Positions 27,596 through 35,839 of a stretch of DNA of 45,574 nt are shown here, piece after piece (the first letter of the stretch is position 1; the number at the start of each line of letters is the position of its first letter). The notes beneath the pieces are model-generated. The model had not been told where the DNA came from. It saw only the letters and a list, made by a program, of their open reading frames with translations, and made no database searches. The position numbers and the translations under genes are program-made. Source of the DNA: Candidatus Micrarchaeota archaeon (GTDB lineage Archaea > Micrarchaeota > Micrarchaeia > Norongarragalinales > Norongarragalinaceae); NCBI GenBank assembly GCA_037444485.1, contig JBBIMI010000005.1:1-45574 (forward strand). Reading direction: 5' to 3'.

Positions 27596-28433
27596 AAGCG
27601 GCAGCGCCAGTGCTTTCAATGAAAGCTGCTGCTGCAAGGAAGAGAATCGCCCAACCAGTGAGCTTAGCAGCATCGTAAACCACGTGAAAGAATTCGAGTT
27701 TGTTTATCTTGCGCGTTACAATCGCGTGACTCAAAATGCCGCCCGCCAGCGCGCCAGTGCTGTACGCGAGCAATTCGAACACTCCATGCGGAAAAATGCC
27801 AAGCGCGCTTGCGCCCGCCAACGCGCTTCCACTTTTTTTCGCGATGCTGCCGAGAAAAACGCCTATGATGGATGCATTCCAAGTCAACACGAAAACCGCG
27901 CCAGCGCCGTACAACAACGAAAAACCTATCGCGAGCAAGAGGACTTGCAGGTTGTGCAGGAAGACGAGTTCGAACGCGTTTAAAAACTTTTCACTCAAAA
28001 AAGCGCCGGCCAAGCGTGACGAAACCGCGCGCACGTTCTCGAGCTCAGCGGTTTGAATCGCGAACAATTTCTTGCTTTCTTCGCTTGGCAACGCGTAGTA
28101 CCACGCGGTGAATGCGAGCGTCAACCCGAAGAAGAATGCTGTGAAAGAGATTATGGCGGGCGCGTGCCGCGCGAGCGTTGTAGAGCCGAGAAAGCGTTTC
28201 GCTTCGCGCGCTTCACGCTCGTCGTAATTCACTAGGTTTAGGAAGAAGGGAATTGAAGGAATTATAGTGAAAACGAGCAGCAGCAAGTCGCTTGACTCGC
28301 TCAAGTTGATGAATCGAGTTACTAGCACGGCGATTGAAGCGAACGCGGCGCTTACCGCGATTATAGTAAACGGGTTTTTCCGCGCTGCTTCAGCGCCGAC
28401 GATAGCCTCGAGAACCAAAACCGCCACTCCCAC
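27594..28433 (-). CDS. SpoIIM/DUF95-family membrane protein
   Basis: FLHNLQV, WNASIIG, PHGVFELLAY..GALAGG and AAFIE. Confidence 0.85.
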   Translation of the reverse strand: MGVAVLVLEAIVGAEAARKNPFTIIAVSAAFASIAVLVTRFINLSESSDLLLLVFTIIPSIPFFLNLVNYDEREAREAKRFLGSTTLARHAPAIISFTAFFFGLTLAFTAWYYALPSEESKKLFAIQTAELENVRAVSSRLAGAFLSEKFLNAFELVFLHNLQVLLLAIGFSLLYGAGAVFVLTWNASIIGVFLGSIAKKSGSALAGASALGIFPHGVFELLAYSTGALAGGILSHAIVTRKINKLEFFHVVYDAAKLTGWAILFLAAAAFIESTGAAA

Positions 28434-28618
28434 GATTCCCTAAAATTTTTTCAAGCCTTAAACAAGATTGTGGGAAAATGTTTTTTTAAAACCCAGCGAA
28501 CAAACCGCGAGCAACACGATGGTTTTAAAAACGCGTTTTTCTTAAACATTTCTAAGTTTTTTCAAGTTATTTCAATTCAATTAAAGCAATAAAGCAATCA
28601 AAGCGGGGTAGTGTTCGA

Positions 28619-28993
28619 ATGGCTGGAGTTAAAGCGCATGAAGCGTATCTTGAAGGCAGGTTGAAGGGATTAAACGAATTGATAGTGATTTTGAAAGACG
28701 CGGTCGAGTCGCCAGAGCCAGCTTCAGCTGAAATCGTGCGTTCGATAATAACGCATATTTCAAACGAAATGAATGAAATCATTGCAGAGTTAAGCAAACA
28801 ACACGGAGAAGAACACCCAATAGTGAAGGAAGCGGCGAAGACGATAAAAATCGTGGAAAAACAAGCGGCGAAAGCAGAGGGAACACCTTCTCAAGCGCCT
28901 GCGGCGCTAAAAAAGAGCGTAGAGACTACAGACGATTTAATGAAAAGCCTGCTTGCACTCCGCGAGAAAACCATGGCTGAAGAGGAAAAGTAA
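28619..28993 (+). CDS. Hypothetical helical protein
   Basis: 124 aa ATG-initiated ORF with GGGGT upstream; no family recognised. Confidence 0.65.
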   Translation: MAGVKAHEAYLEGRLKGLNELIVILKDAVESPEPASAEIVRSIITHISNEMNEIIAELSKQHGEEHPIVKEAAKTIKIVEKQAAKAEGTPSQAPAALKKSVETTDDLMKSLLALREKTMAEEEK

Positions 28994-29227
28994 GCGTCGA
29001 AGAAGAAAAATAGAAAAATAAAAATAGAAAAAAAGTGATTGAAGAGGAAAAGTTAAAGGAAGAGTTAAAGCCTTGAAGCGGGCTTTCTTTCCACCTTTTT
29101 TAAAGCAACGCGCTTTTTAAAGCAACGCGCTAGTTTTTATTCTTGTTCCGCCAAAAAAATTTTCGAGTAATCGCTGATTACTTTATGATTACTTTAGACG
29201 GTTAACTGACAGTTTAAGGAGGGTTGA

Positions 29228-29995
29228 ATGTTGAACGAGAACGCGAATGAAAACGCGTCAGAGTTAAAGAAAAACGAAACAGAGTTATTAGAGAAATTAT
29301 TAGAGAAAAATGAAATAGTGTATCCAGGAAGCTTTCTATGTTATTCTGAAGAATTCGAGCCTGCAGAAAACGCTTTCGAAGACGTTGACAGTCGAGTTTT
29401 CGCAACCGTAGTCGGCGTAAAACGCGAATCGAAGCCCGACAGGAGCGTTAGCGTAACGCCCGCCGCGCCTGCAAAGCGCTTGATTCGAGTAGGCGACTTG
29501 GCGTATGCGCGCGTTGAAGACTTGTACGAGAAAGTCGCATTGCTTTCAATGCAGCCTGCGAGCAAACATGTTGCCGCATTCGACAACTTTGCATACTTAC
29601 GCATTTCCGAAGTCAAACGCGGTTTTGTTGAAAGCTTTCGCGGTTACTTGGGAATAGGCGATTTCATTAAAGCCCGCGTAGTGGAAGTTAATCCTTTAGG
29701 AGTTTACTTAAGCATTGCGGACCCGTCGCTTGGCGTAATCAAAGCGTTTTGCAGCAACTGCAGGCGCGAGTTGAAGAAAACGTTGAAAGGATTGAAGGGA
29801 CTCGTTCACTGCGAGAATTGCGGCAGCGAGGAATCGCGGAAGCTGGCTCTCAAACTCGCGCCCCGCGCGCTCGGCGCGCTGCGGGAACGCGAAACGCGGG
29901 AAATACCGCGCGGGCTGCATGAACGCAGTGAGCGGTTACGCGGCGAACTCCGCGGGCGCAGAGAACAGTTGAGGCAACGCGGCGGACGCTTGTAA
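29228..29995 (+). CDS. csl4: Exosome complex component Csl4 with an Arg-rich C-terminal extension
   Basis: IVYPG, S1 domain GDFIKARV, LGVIKAFCSNC..CENCGSEESRKLA; csl4-rpoL synteny. Confidence 0.9.
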   Translation: MLNENANENASELKKNETELLEKLLEKNEIVYPGSFLCYSEEFEPAENAFEDVDSRVFATVVGVKRESKPDRSVSVTPAAPAKRLIRVGDLAYARVEDLYEKVALLSMQPASKHVAAFDNFAYLRISEVKRGFVESFRGYLGIGDFIKARVVEVNPLGVYLSIADPSLGVIKAFCSNCRRELKKTLKGLKGLVHCENCGSEESRKLALKLAPRALGALRERETREIPRGLHERSERLRGELRGRREQLRQRGGRL

Positions 29996-30004
29996 TCCGA
30001 CCGT

Positions 30005-30020
30005 CAAAAACCTTTAAATT
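30005..30020 (+). promoter_or_regulatory. Candidate BRE/TATA promoter for rpoL
   Basis: CAAAAACCTTTAAATT about 55 nt upstream of the start; GAGGTG RBS follows. Confidence 0.45.
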
Positions 30021-30074
30021 CGTTCGCTTGAAGAAAATTATTGAATCGAATTGTTTTTTTGAGGTGGTTGCGTT

Positions 30075-30335
30075 TTGAAGATTTTGGAGAGCGGGAAGAA
30101 CGAGCTCGTATTGTCGCTCGAGGGAGTGGACTTGAGCATCGCGAATCTAGTTGCAGCCAAGCTTTTGGAAAACAAGGACGTTGACTTTGCTGCCAGCGAT
30201 TATAGACACCCGCTTGAAGGCATTCCAGTACTACGCGTTCAAGGCAGCGAGTTGAAGAAAAACGTTTTGAAGGCGTTGAGTGAAGCGAGAGAGGAAATAG
30301 AGGCTGCGGAAAAAGCGTTCAAGAAAACTGGTTGA
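30075..30335 (+). CDS. rpoL: RNA polymerase subunit L (Rpo11)
   Basis: NELVLSLEG...SIANL, VDFAA..YRHPL..P.LRV; follows csl4. Confidence 0.85.
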   Translation: MKILESGKNELVLSLEGVDLSIANLVAAKLLENKDVDFAASDYRHPLEGIPVLRVQGSELKKNVLKALSEAREEIEAAEKAFKKTG

Positions 30336-30365
30336 AGGCGTTGGAGTGCGAAGGGGTGGTATCTA

Positions 30366-30509
30366 ATGTTGTTGTGGATTCTGCTTTTCTTGTTCGTCCT
30401 GCTGATTCCAGAAGTGCGTTACGCGATTTACTACTTGCTTTACTCTATGGACGTGTGGGTTTTATTCGCGTTGCTGCTCATCGCCTTATGGTGGCACTCG
30501 CAAAAATAG
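30366..30509 (+). CDS. Small hydrophobic membrane protein (47 aa; missed by ORF track)
   Basis: MLLWILLFLFVLLIPEVRYAIYYLLYSMDVWVLFALLLIALWWHSQK; ATG preceded by GGGGTGG. Confidence 0.6.
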   Translation: MLLWILLFLFVLLIPEVRYAIYYLLYSMDVWVLFALLLIALWWHSQK

Positions 30510-30781
30510 GATTATTTAGAAAACTATTAACTTAAACCTAAAAAATGTTTTAATGCGCGCTACAACGCTTTCCACACCAACAAGTTTTACAGAAATTTTT
30601 ACAGGAATTTTTTGGATTACAGAAGTTTTGCGGAATTCGCGACGGAATTCATTCGCGACGGAATTCGTTACGGACTCGTTACGGAATTCGCGGTGGAATT
30701 AGCGGCGGAATTCAACTGATTTCATTAATCATTGATTTTACTGGATTTACTGAATTCATGGAATTTCGTGGAGTTGTTTGA

Positions 30782-31663
30782 TTGAAGCAACAAGAACGAG
30801 ATGCTAAAAAATACTCTAAATTAACGACGCTCTTCCTCGCGTTGCTCGCCCTCTCGCTCGCTGGCTACGCGCTCACGCAAAACGCTTTTTTTGCAGTCGG
30901 GGTTTTCGTGTTTCTAATCGCATTGTTCGCCGCAGACTTCACGCAAGCAAAAGTCGAGCGTAAGGGTTGGAGGCAAACAGTTTATGAAATAATTACCGCA
31001 TTTGGGCTTGCGGTCGCGGCTTGGCTCGCGTTGTCGTTCGTCTTGCAGACGAGCACGCCGTTGAACGTAGTCACTTCTTGCAGTATGCTTCCGGCGCTCG
31101 AACGCGGGGATTTAATTATCCTGCAAGGCGGCGGGGTGCGCGCGCCCGAGGCGAGCGTGCCTCTCGCGCTTTCGAACGCGCGGATAGTGGAAAAGCGTCT
31201 CGACTCGCCGTTTTTAGGGAAAAGCTACCGCTTGTTTTACTCAACCGTCGTCGACTCGAGCGACGCAGTGAATTATTCTTTCACAGAGTGCATCGTGCGC
31301 GCATTGGACGGCCGCGTTGTCGCGCGCGACGCGTGCGTGGACTCTGCTTTCGTTGGTGGAACCATATTCCGACAAAATGCAAGTAACGACATCGTGGTTT
31401 ACGACGCTGTTCCCGCGAAATATGGTTTGATTATTCACCGCGTTTTCGCGCGCTTGAACGCGACGGACGGCGTTTTTTATTTGACGAAGGGCGACAACAA
31501 CGCGTTGGCAGACCAACAAGTAGGGATTTCGCTCGTGCCTGAAGACCGCGTGCGCGGCAAAGTATTGTTCCGCGTTCCCCTAATCGGCTACCTCAAGCTT
31601 TTTCTTTTCCTGCAGTTCGACGAGCCGCCTGGCTGTCGGCAGATTCTGGAAAAAGCGAGTTGA
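30782..31663 (+). CDS. Signal peptidase I (S26, archaeal Sec11-type) with extra N-terminal TMs and an internal insert
   Basis: VVTSCSMLP.LERGDLII, IIHRV, TKGDNN..D and GKV..RVPLIGY. Confidence 0.9.
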   Translation: MKQQERDAKKYSKLTTLFLALLALSLAGYALTQNAFFAVGVFVFLIALFAADFTQAKVERKGWRQTVYEIITAFGLAVAAWLALSFVLQTSTPLNVVTSCSMLPALERGDLIILQGGGVRAPEASVPLALSNARIVEKRLDSPFLGKSYRLFYSTVVDSSDAVNYSFTECIVRALDGRVVARDACVDSAFVGGTIFRQNASNDIVVYDAVPAKYGLIIHRVFARLNATDGVFYLTKGDNNALADQQVGISLVPEDRVRGKVLFRVPLIGYLKLFLFLQFDEPPGCRQILEKAS

Positions 31664-31690
31664 AACTGTTTTGAAAAAGCTTGAAAAACA

Positions 31691-31706
31691 CGAAAAGGTT
31701 TAAGTA
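31691..31706 (+). promoter_or_regulatory. Candidate BRE/TATA promoter for pcn
   Basis: CGAAAAGGTTTAAGTA upstream of PCNA. Confidence 0.5.
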
Positions 31707-31791
31707 TTCGTCTATTCCTTGAATTAACAGAAAACAAGCCTTGTTTTTAAAGTCGTGAACTTTTTATTTGAAGAGAGGGTGGAAAAATCAA

Positions 31792-32538
31792 ATGGAGTTA
31801 GTAGTCGAAGACGCAAAGTTTTTTAAATCCTGTATCGACGCGATCGTGAATCTAGTCGACGAAGGAACTTTCGAAATCTCTGGCGACGGAATGAAGCTGC
31901 GTACCATGGACCCCAGTCAAATCGCGATGATTGACTTCGTTCTTCCTAAAGACGCTTTCGCGAAGCTTGAGACGGACGGCAAGACGAGTTTGTGCGTCAA
32001 CCTCGTTGATTTGAGCAAGATACTCGCGCGCACGCGCGGCGAGGAAAGCCTTTCAATCAAGCTCGACGAACGAGAGTCTCGCCTGCTCCTCGAATTCGAA
32101 GGCGAAAGCAAGCGCCACTTTAAACTCCCACTACTAGAAACTAGTGCGTCGCTGCCGCGAGAACCGAAAATCTCTTTCGACGCGATCGCCAAGCTCAAGG
32201 GCGGAGCGTTCAAGGCAATGCTGCACGACGCTGGACTCTTAAGCAGCCACGTTATCCTGCAGGCTGACGACGAGGAATTCGTTGTTGAAGCACACGGCGA
32301 TTCAGGCGATTTACGGATTGAAACACCGAAAGGCTCGAACTCGCTTGCGGACTTAAAGGTTTCCGCGAAAGCCCGCGCGATGTTCCCATTCGAGTACCTT
32401 GACGACATCACGCGCGCGTGCCCTGAAGACGCGACGGTCGAAGTATACCTCAAAAGCGAAGCGCCTGTGAAAGCGGTTTACGAAATCGGGAAGGCTAAGC
32501 TCGCTTACTACCTCGCGCCCCGCATTGAAACACTGTAA
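31792..32538 (+). CDS. pcn: DNA sliding clamp PCNA
   Basis: LVDEGTF, MDPSQIAMIDF and C-terminal YYLAPRIE. Confidence 0.96.
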   Translation: MELVVEDAKFFKSCIDAIVNLVDEGTFEISGDGMKLRTMDPSQIAMIDFVLPKDAFAKLETDGKTSLCVNLVDLSKILARTRGEESLSIKLDERESRLLLEFEGESKRHFKLPLLETSASLPREPKISFDAIAKLKGGAFKAMLHDAGLLSSHVILQADDEEFVVEAHGDSGDLRIETPKGSNSLADLKVSAKARAMFPFEYLDDITRACPEDATVEVYLKSEAPVKAVYEIGKAKLAYYLAPRIETL

Positions 32539-32671
32539 AGCAACGTAAAGCTAAAGCAATGTTAAAGTCGACGTTTAGCAAACTTTTTCGCTTATATTAT
32601 GCAGCATGTAGCAAACGCATAGCAACTATTATAAACTACTATAATTATTTCTAAACGATTCTAAGACTCTA

Positions 32672-32941
32672 ATGTTTTTCTTTTGTTTTTTCTTTTTTTA
32701 TTTCTTTTAAATTCTTTTTTTATTTCTTTTTTTGTTTTTTCTTTTTCTTCTTTAATTTTTTTTTCTTTTTTATTTTCTTTTTTGGTGTTTTTTTGTTTTT
32801 TCTTTTTCTTCTTTAATTTTTTTTTCTTTTTTATTTTCTTTTTTGGTGTTTTTTTGTTTTTTCTTTTTCTTCTTTATTTTTTCTTCTTAAATTCTTTTTT
32901 TATTTCCAACGCCTGTTTTTGTTCCCCTTTATTTATTTTTT
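32672..32941. repeat. T-rich low-complexity tract containing a 61 bp tandem duplication, between convergent genes
   Basis: GGTG landmarks at 32784 and 32845 with identical flanks. Confidence 0.8.
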
Positions 32942-32955
32942 AGTGTTTCTCTTTT

Positions 32956-33720
32956 TTACTGCGCGGTCATTCCACCGTCGACAACCAACGCGTGGCCGGT
33001 CACGTAAGAAGCTTTTTGTGAACACAACCACAAGACTGCGCCAGCGATTTCCTCGGGCTTGCCAACCCGCGCCATTGGAATTGTTGCAGTGATTTGTTTT
33101 TCGACTTCAAGGTTTCCTCCAATAAAACGCTCAAGCATAGGCGTTCGAATCGCGCCTGGACATACGGCGTTGACGCGAACGTTCGCCTTCGCGTACTCGA
33201 GTGCTGTCGTCTTCGTTAAACCCAAGATTCCGTGCTTGCTGGCGACGTAAGCCGGCATTCCAGGAAAGCCGACTAGTCCAGCAATTGAAGACATGTTCAC
33301 GATTACGCCCCCGCCTTGCTTGACCATGACAGGAATCTCGAATTTCACGCACAGCCAAACACCCTTCAAGTTGACGTCAAGCGTCTTGTCCCAATTCTCT
33401 TCACTGCAGTCCACCGTAGAAGCGGGTTTTCCTTCGATGCCCGCATTGTTGAACGCGAAATCCAGGCGCCCGAATTTATTCACGACAGCGTCAACCATCG
33501 CCTTGACGTCTGAAGCCTTAGAAACATCGCATTTGACGAAGAAGGCAGTTCCACCTTCCTTCTCTATCAACTTCACCGTTTGACTCCCTCCCTCCTCGTT
33601 GACGTCAGCCACGCACACTCTCGCACCCTCGCGCGCGAACGCGAGCGCTGTCGCGCGCCCGATTCCCGAAGCCGCGCCAGTCACTAAAACAACCTTGCCG
33701 TCAAACTCTCTCGCCATCAC
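32956..33720 (-). CDS. Classical SDR-family oxidoreductase
   Basis: TGAASGIG, NNAG, catalytic S and YVASK, VNAVCPG, VDGG; GAGGTG RBS. Confidence 0.95.
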   Translation of the reverse strand: MMAREFDGKVVLVTGAASGIGRATALAFAREGARVCVADVNEEGGSQTVKLIEKEGGTAFFVKCDVSKASDVKAMVDAVVNKFGRLDFAFNNAGIEGKPASTVDCSEENWDKTLDVNLKGVWLCVKFEIPVMVKQGGGVIVNMSSIAGLVGFPGMPAYVASKHGILGLTKTTALEYAKANVRVNAVCPGAIRTPMLERFIGGNLEVEKQITATIPMARVGKPEEIAGAVLWLCSQKASYVTGHALVVDGGMTAQ

Positions 33721-33810
33721 AAAAACACCTCACTGAAATCGTTTAACTAATTACTCGCAATAATTACTCGCAAACAATTGTTAAACCTTTCACTCGCCGA
33801 AAATAAATTC

Positions 33811-34293
33811 TTAAATCCTAACGCGCGTAGCGTTAACCCAAGCGGCGAGAACAACGCCCGCGTCGACAAACCATAACGCCGCGTGAGCGGCATTCAACGC
33901 CCCCTCGCCGTACGCCGCGCCAATCGACAGCGTAACAAACAAGCGAAGCAAGTTGAAGATGAACAACCCGACCGCGTAAGCTGCGATTGCAGTTGTTCCG
34001 CGCTTTCGCACGAAACTCGCGCGCGGGGTTGCGTAGAAGAGCGCGAGAAAAAGAAAGATCATTACTAGGCCGCTGCAGTCTGGAATTATTTGGAAAACCG
34101 CGTTGTTTGCGAAGAGAGTCGAGCCCGCCGCGGTGGCGTTGAAGCCCGCCGCGTTCAACAGAAGCGCTTCAAGCGAGGCGATCGCGTTCGTCAAGAACGC
34201 CGGCTTGACCAAAAGCAGCAGCGCGTACGGGACGAGGAAGTAGAACGGAAAGCGGGTTAGGAAAAACTTTTGCTCGCGCGACAATTCAAACAA
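33811..34293 (-). CDS. Archaeosortase/exosortase-family protein
   Basis: Multi-TM; IIPDCSGL (catalytic Cys), NLLR (Arg) and a later His; divergent from a VPEF-containing gene. Confidence 0.85.
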   Translation of the reverse strand: MFELSREQKFFLTRFPFYFLVPYALLLLVKPAFLTNAIASLEALLLNAAGFNATAAGSTLFANNAVFQIIPDCSGLVMIFLFLALFYATPRASFVRKRGTTAIAAYAVGLFIFNLLRLFVTLSIGAAYGEGALNAAHAALWFVDAGVVLAAWVNATRVRI

Positions 34294-34346
34294 CTTTTTT
34301 CTCCTCGCAAAAACAATTAAATAACGTTCTTGACTATTAAAGTTTA

Positions 34347-35243
34347 GTGACTAGCTTGATGAAAACGCGGATTATGGTTGTGTTTGTCTTTCTCTTGCTA
34401 ATTGCTTTCCCACCCGCAGTAAAGACTCTTGATTACTATACCGTTTCCTGCCCGAATTACGTGGTTCTGTCTAGTCCAATTAATGTAACGGTTCAAAAAA
34501 CGGTCGACGGCGTTCCAACGTGCGATAATTCGCTGCAAGTTCAAGTGGTTCCGCCTTCGGCAACGCCGACTGTTTACGCTGCTTCAGCATGCAGCGGTTC
34601 CGGGCCCAACATTTTTTTAGTAGACTCCAGCCAAAACGGGCGTTACCGTTTAATTGTTTTAAGTGCCGGCGTCCAACGCGCTTCATGCGAGTTTTCCGCT
34701 GTTTACAAGCCCGGCTCTCAAGTACCTGAATTCAATTTTTTGCTTCTGTTTTTGAGCGTGTTGCTCGCAGTTCTCGTACTCGGACGCTTGCACGGAAGAC
34801 GCAGAAAAAGCCAGCTTACTATAGAATTTTTCTTCGCGCTTACGCTCTTCGCCCTCTTGCTGCCTTGGCTTTCGTACTACGCGGGTTCGACGAAGTCGAG
34901 TGCTGTTGCAGCGAACGCGTTGCTGCAGCAAGAGTTGCTTGCGCGCGATCTAGTGAAGGGAATAAATCAAGCTTGCGTAACGAACACTTCAATTACGCTG
35001 CAACTGCCGTGCGTGCGCGTGGGCGAGACGAACTTGAATTACTCGGTTTTCTCGGCCGGCAGCTTGGTTTTCGTGCGCGGCGAGTCTCCCTTCCAGCAGA
35101 CTGCTTCGAAAAACGCTTCCTGTGAACCCCAATACTTTCTATTCACGCCTGAATGCAATTCCGCGAGCGGCAACGCCGGCAGCGTCTGCATCAATGTGAG
35201 CGGCGGAAAACCCTTCGTCGCACTCAACGCGTGCCAGACTTGA
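34347..35243 (+). CDS. Secreted protein with internal PEF-CTERM signal fused to a class III signal peptide (pilin-like) domain
   Basis: N-terminal signal peptide; VPEF-TM-RRRK at aa 126-154 followed immediately by S-QLTIEF and a hydrophobic stretch; start GTG 34347 or ATG 34359. Confidence 0.8.
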   Translation: MTSLMKTRIMVVFVFLLLIAFPPAVKTLDYYTVSCPNYVVLSSPINVTVQKTVDGVPTCDNSLQVQVVPPSATPTVYAASACSGSGPNIFLVDSSQNGRYRLIVLSAGVQRASCEFSAVYKPGSQVPEFNFLLLFLSVLLAVLVLGRLHGRRRKSQLTIEFFFALTLFALLLPWLSYYAGSTKSSAVAANALLQQELLARDLVKGINQACVTNTSITLQLPCVRVGETNLNYSVFSAGSLVFVRGESPFQQTASKNASCEPQYFLFTPECNSASGNAGSVCINVSGGKPFVALNACQT

Positions 35244-35255
35244 AGCCTGATTATC

Positions 35256-35828
35256 TCACCAGGGCACTCTCTTCAAGTTGAATGCATGCGCGAGAACGTT
35301 AAAGACCCAGTGCAAGATTACGGTCAAAAGCGTCAGAAACACGAGTCCTATTACCCCCACCGCCTGAGGCAAACCACTCCAAGCGAGCCAAGCGAATAAT
35401 AACGCCGCGTAAAGAAAAGGAAGTTGATCGAGCAACAGCGACTGCGTTCCCGGCTGCATGCCCAACCTCCGTTTTACGAAGCTGCCGAACAAATCGCCTG
35501 CGATAGTGCCGAATGACAGCGCTGTTGCAATCCAGATTTTCTGCATCGCGTCGAGCTCGGGCAAGTAGAACGGCGATAACACGAAGGCGATCGCGATTCC
35601 GCTCGCGACTCCGAACGCGAAGCCCGAAAGCGCGCCGCGGATCGTCTTGCTGTTGCCGAAAACTCTTTTTCCCCAGAGGCTCTTGCCGAAGTCTATTGGC
35701 TTGCTTCCGCCGAGCACCACGGGAATCGCGTTCGCGACGTAAGCCGGGAAAATTAATATGATTAATTCGATGAAACTCGCTTCACTCACTTGAAAAATCA
35801 CTTGATTTTGTTTTTTTGTTTCACTCAC
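35256..35828 (-). CDS. carS: CDP-archaeol synthase (DUF46)
   Basis: PAYVANAIPV, PIDFGK, FGNSKTIRG, GDLFGSFVKRRLG and LLDQL. Confidence 0.92.
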   Translation of the reverse strand: MSETKKQNQVIFQVSEASFIELIILIFPAYVANAIPVVLGGSKPIDFGKSLWGKRVFGNSKTIRGALSGFAFGVASGIAIAFVLSPFYLPELDAMQKIWIATALSFGTIAGDLFGSFVKRRLGMQPGTQSLLLDQLPFLYAALLFAWLAWSGLPQAVGVIGLVFLTLLTVILHWVFNVLAHAFNLKRVPW

Positions 35829-35839
35829 CGTTTCTTGAA

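Noticed and set aside
30332-30535. 67 aa ORF after rpoL
   Set aside because: The overlapping frame 30366-30509 has an ATG, an RBS and a coherent TM pattern
32683-32943. Poly-Phe 86 aa ORF
   Set aside because: Translation of a T-rich low-complexity tract
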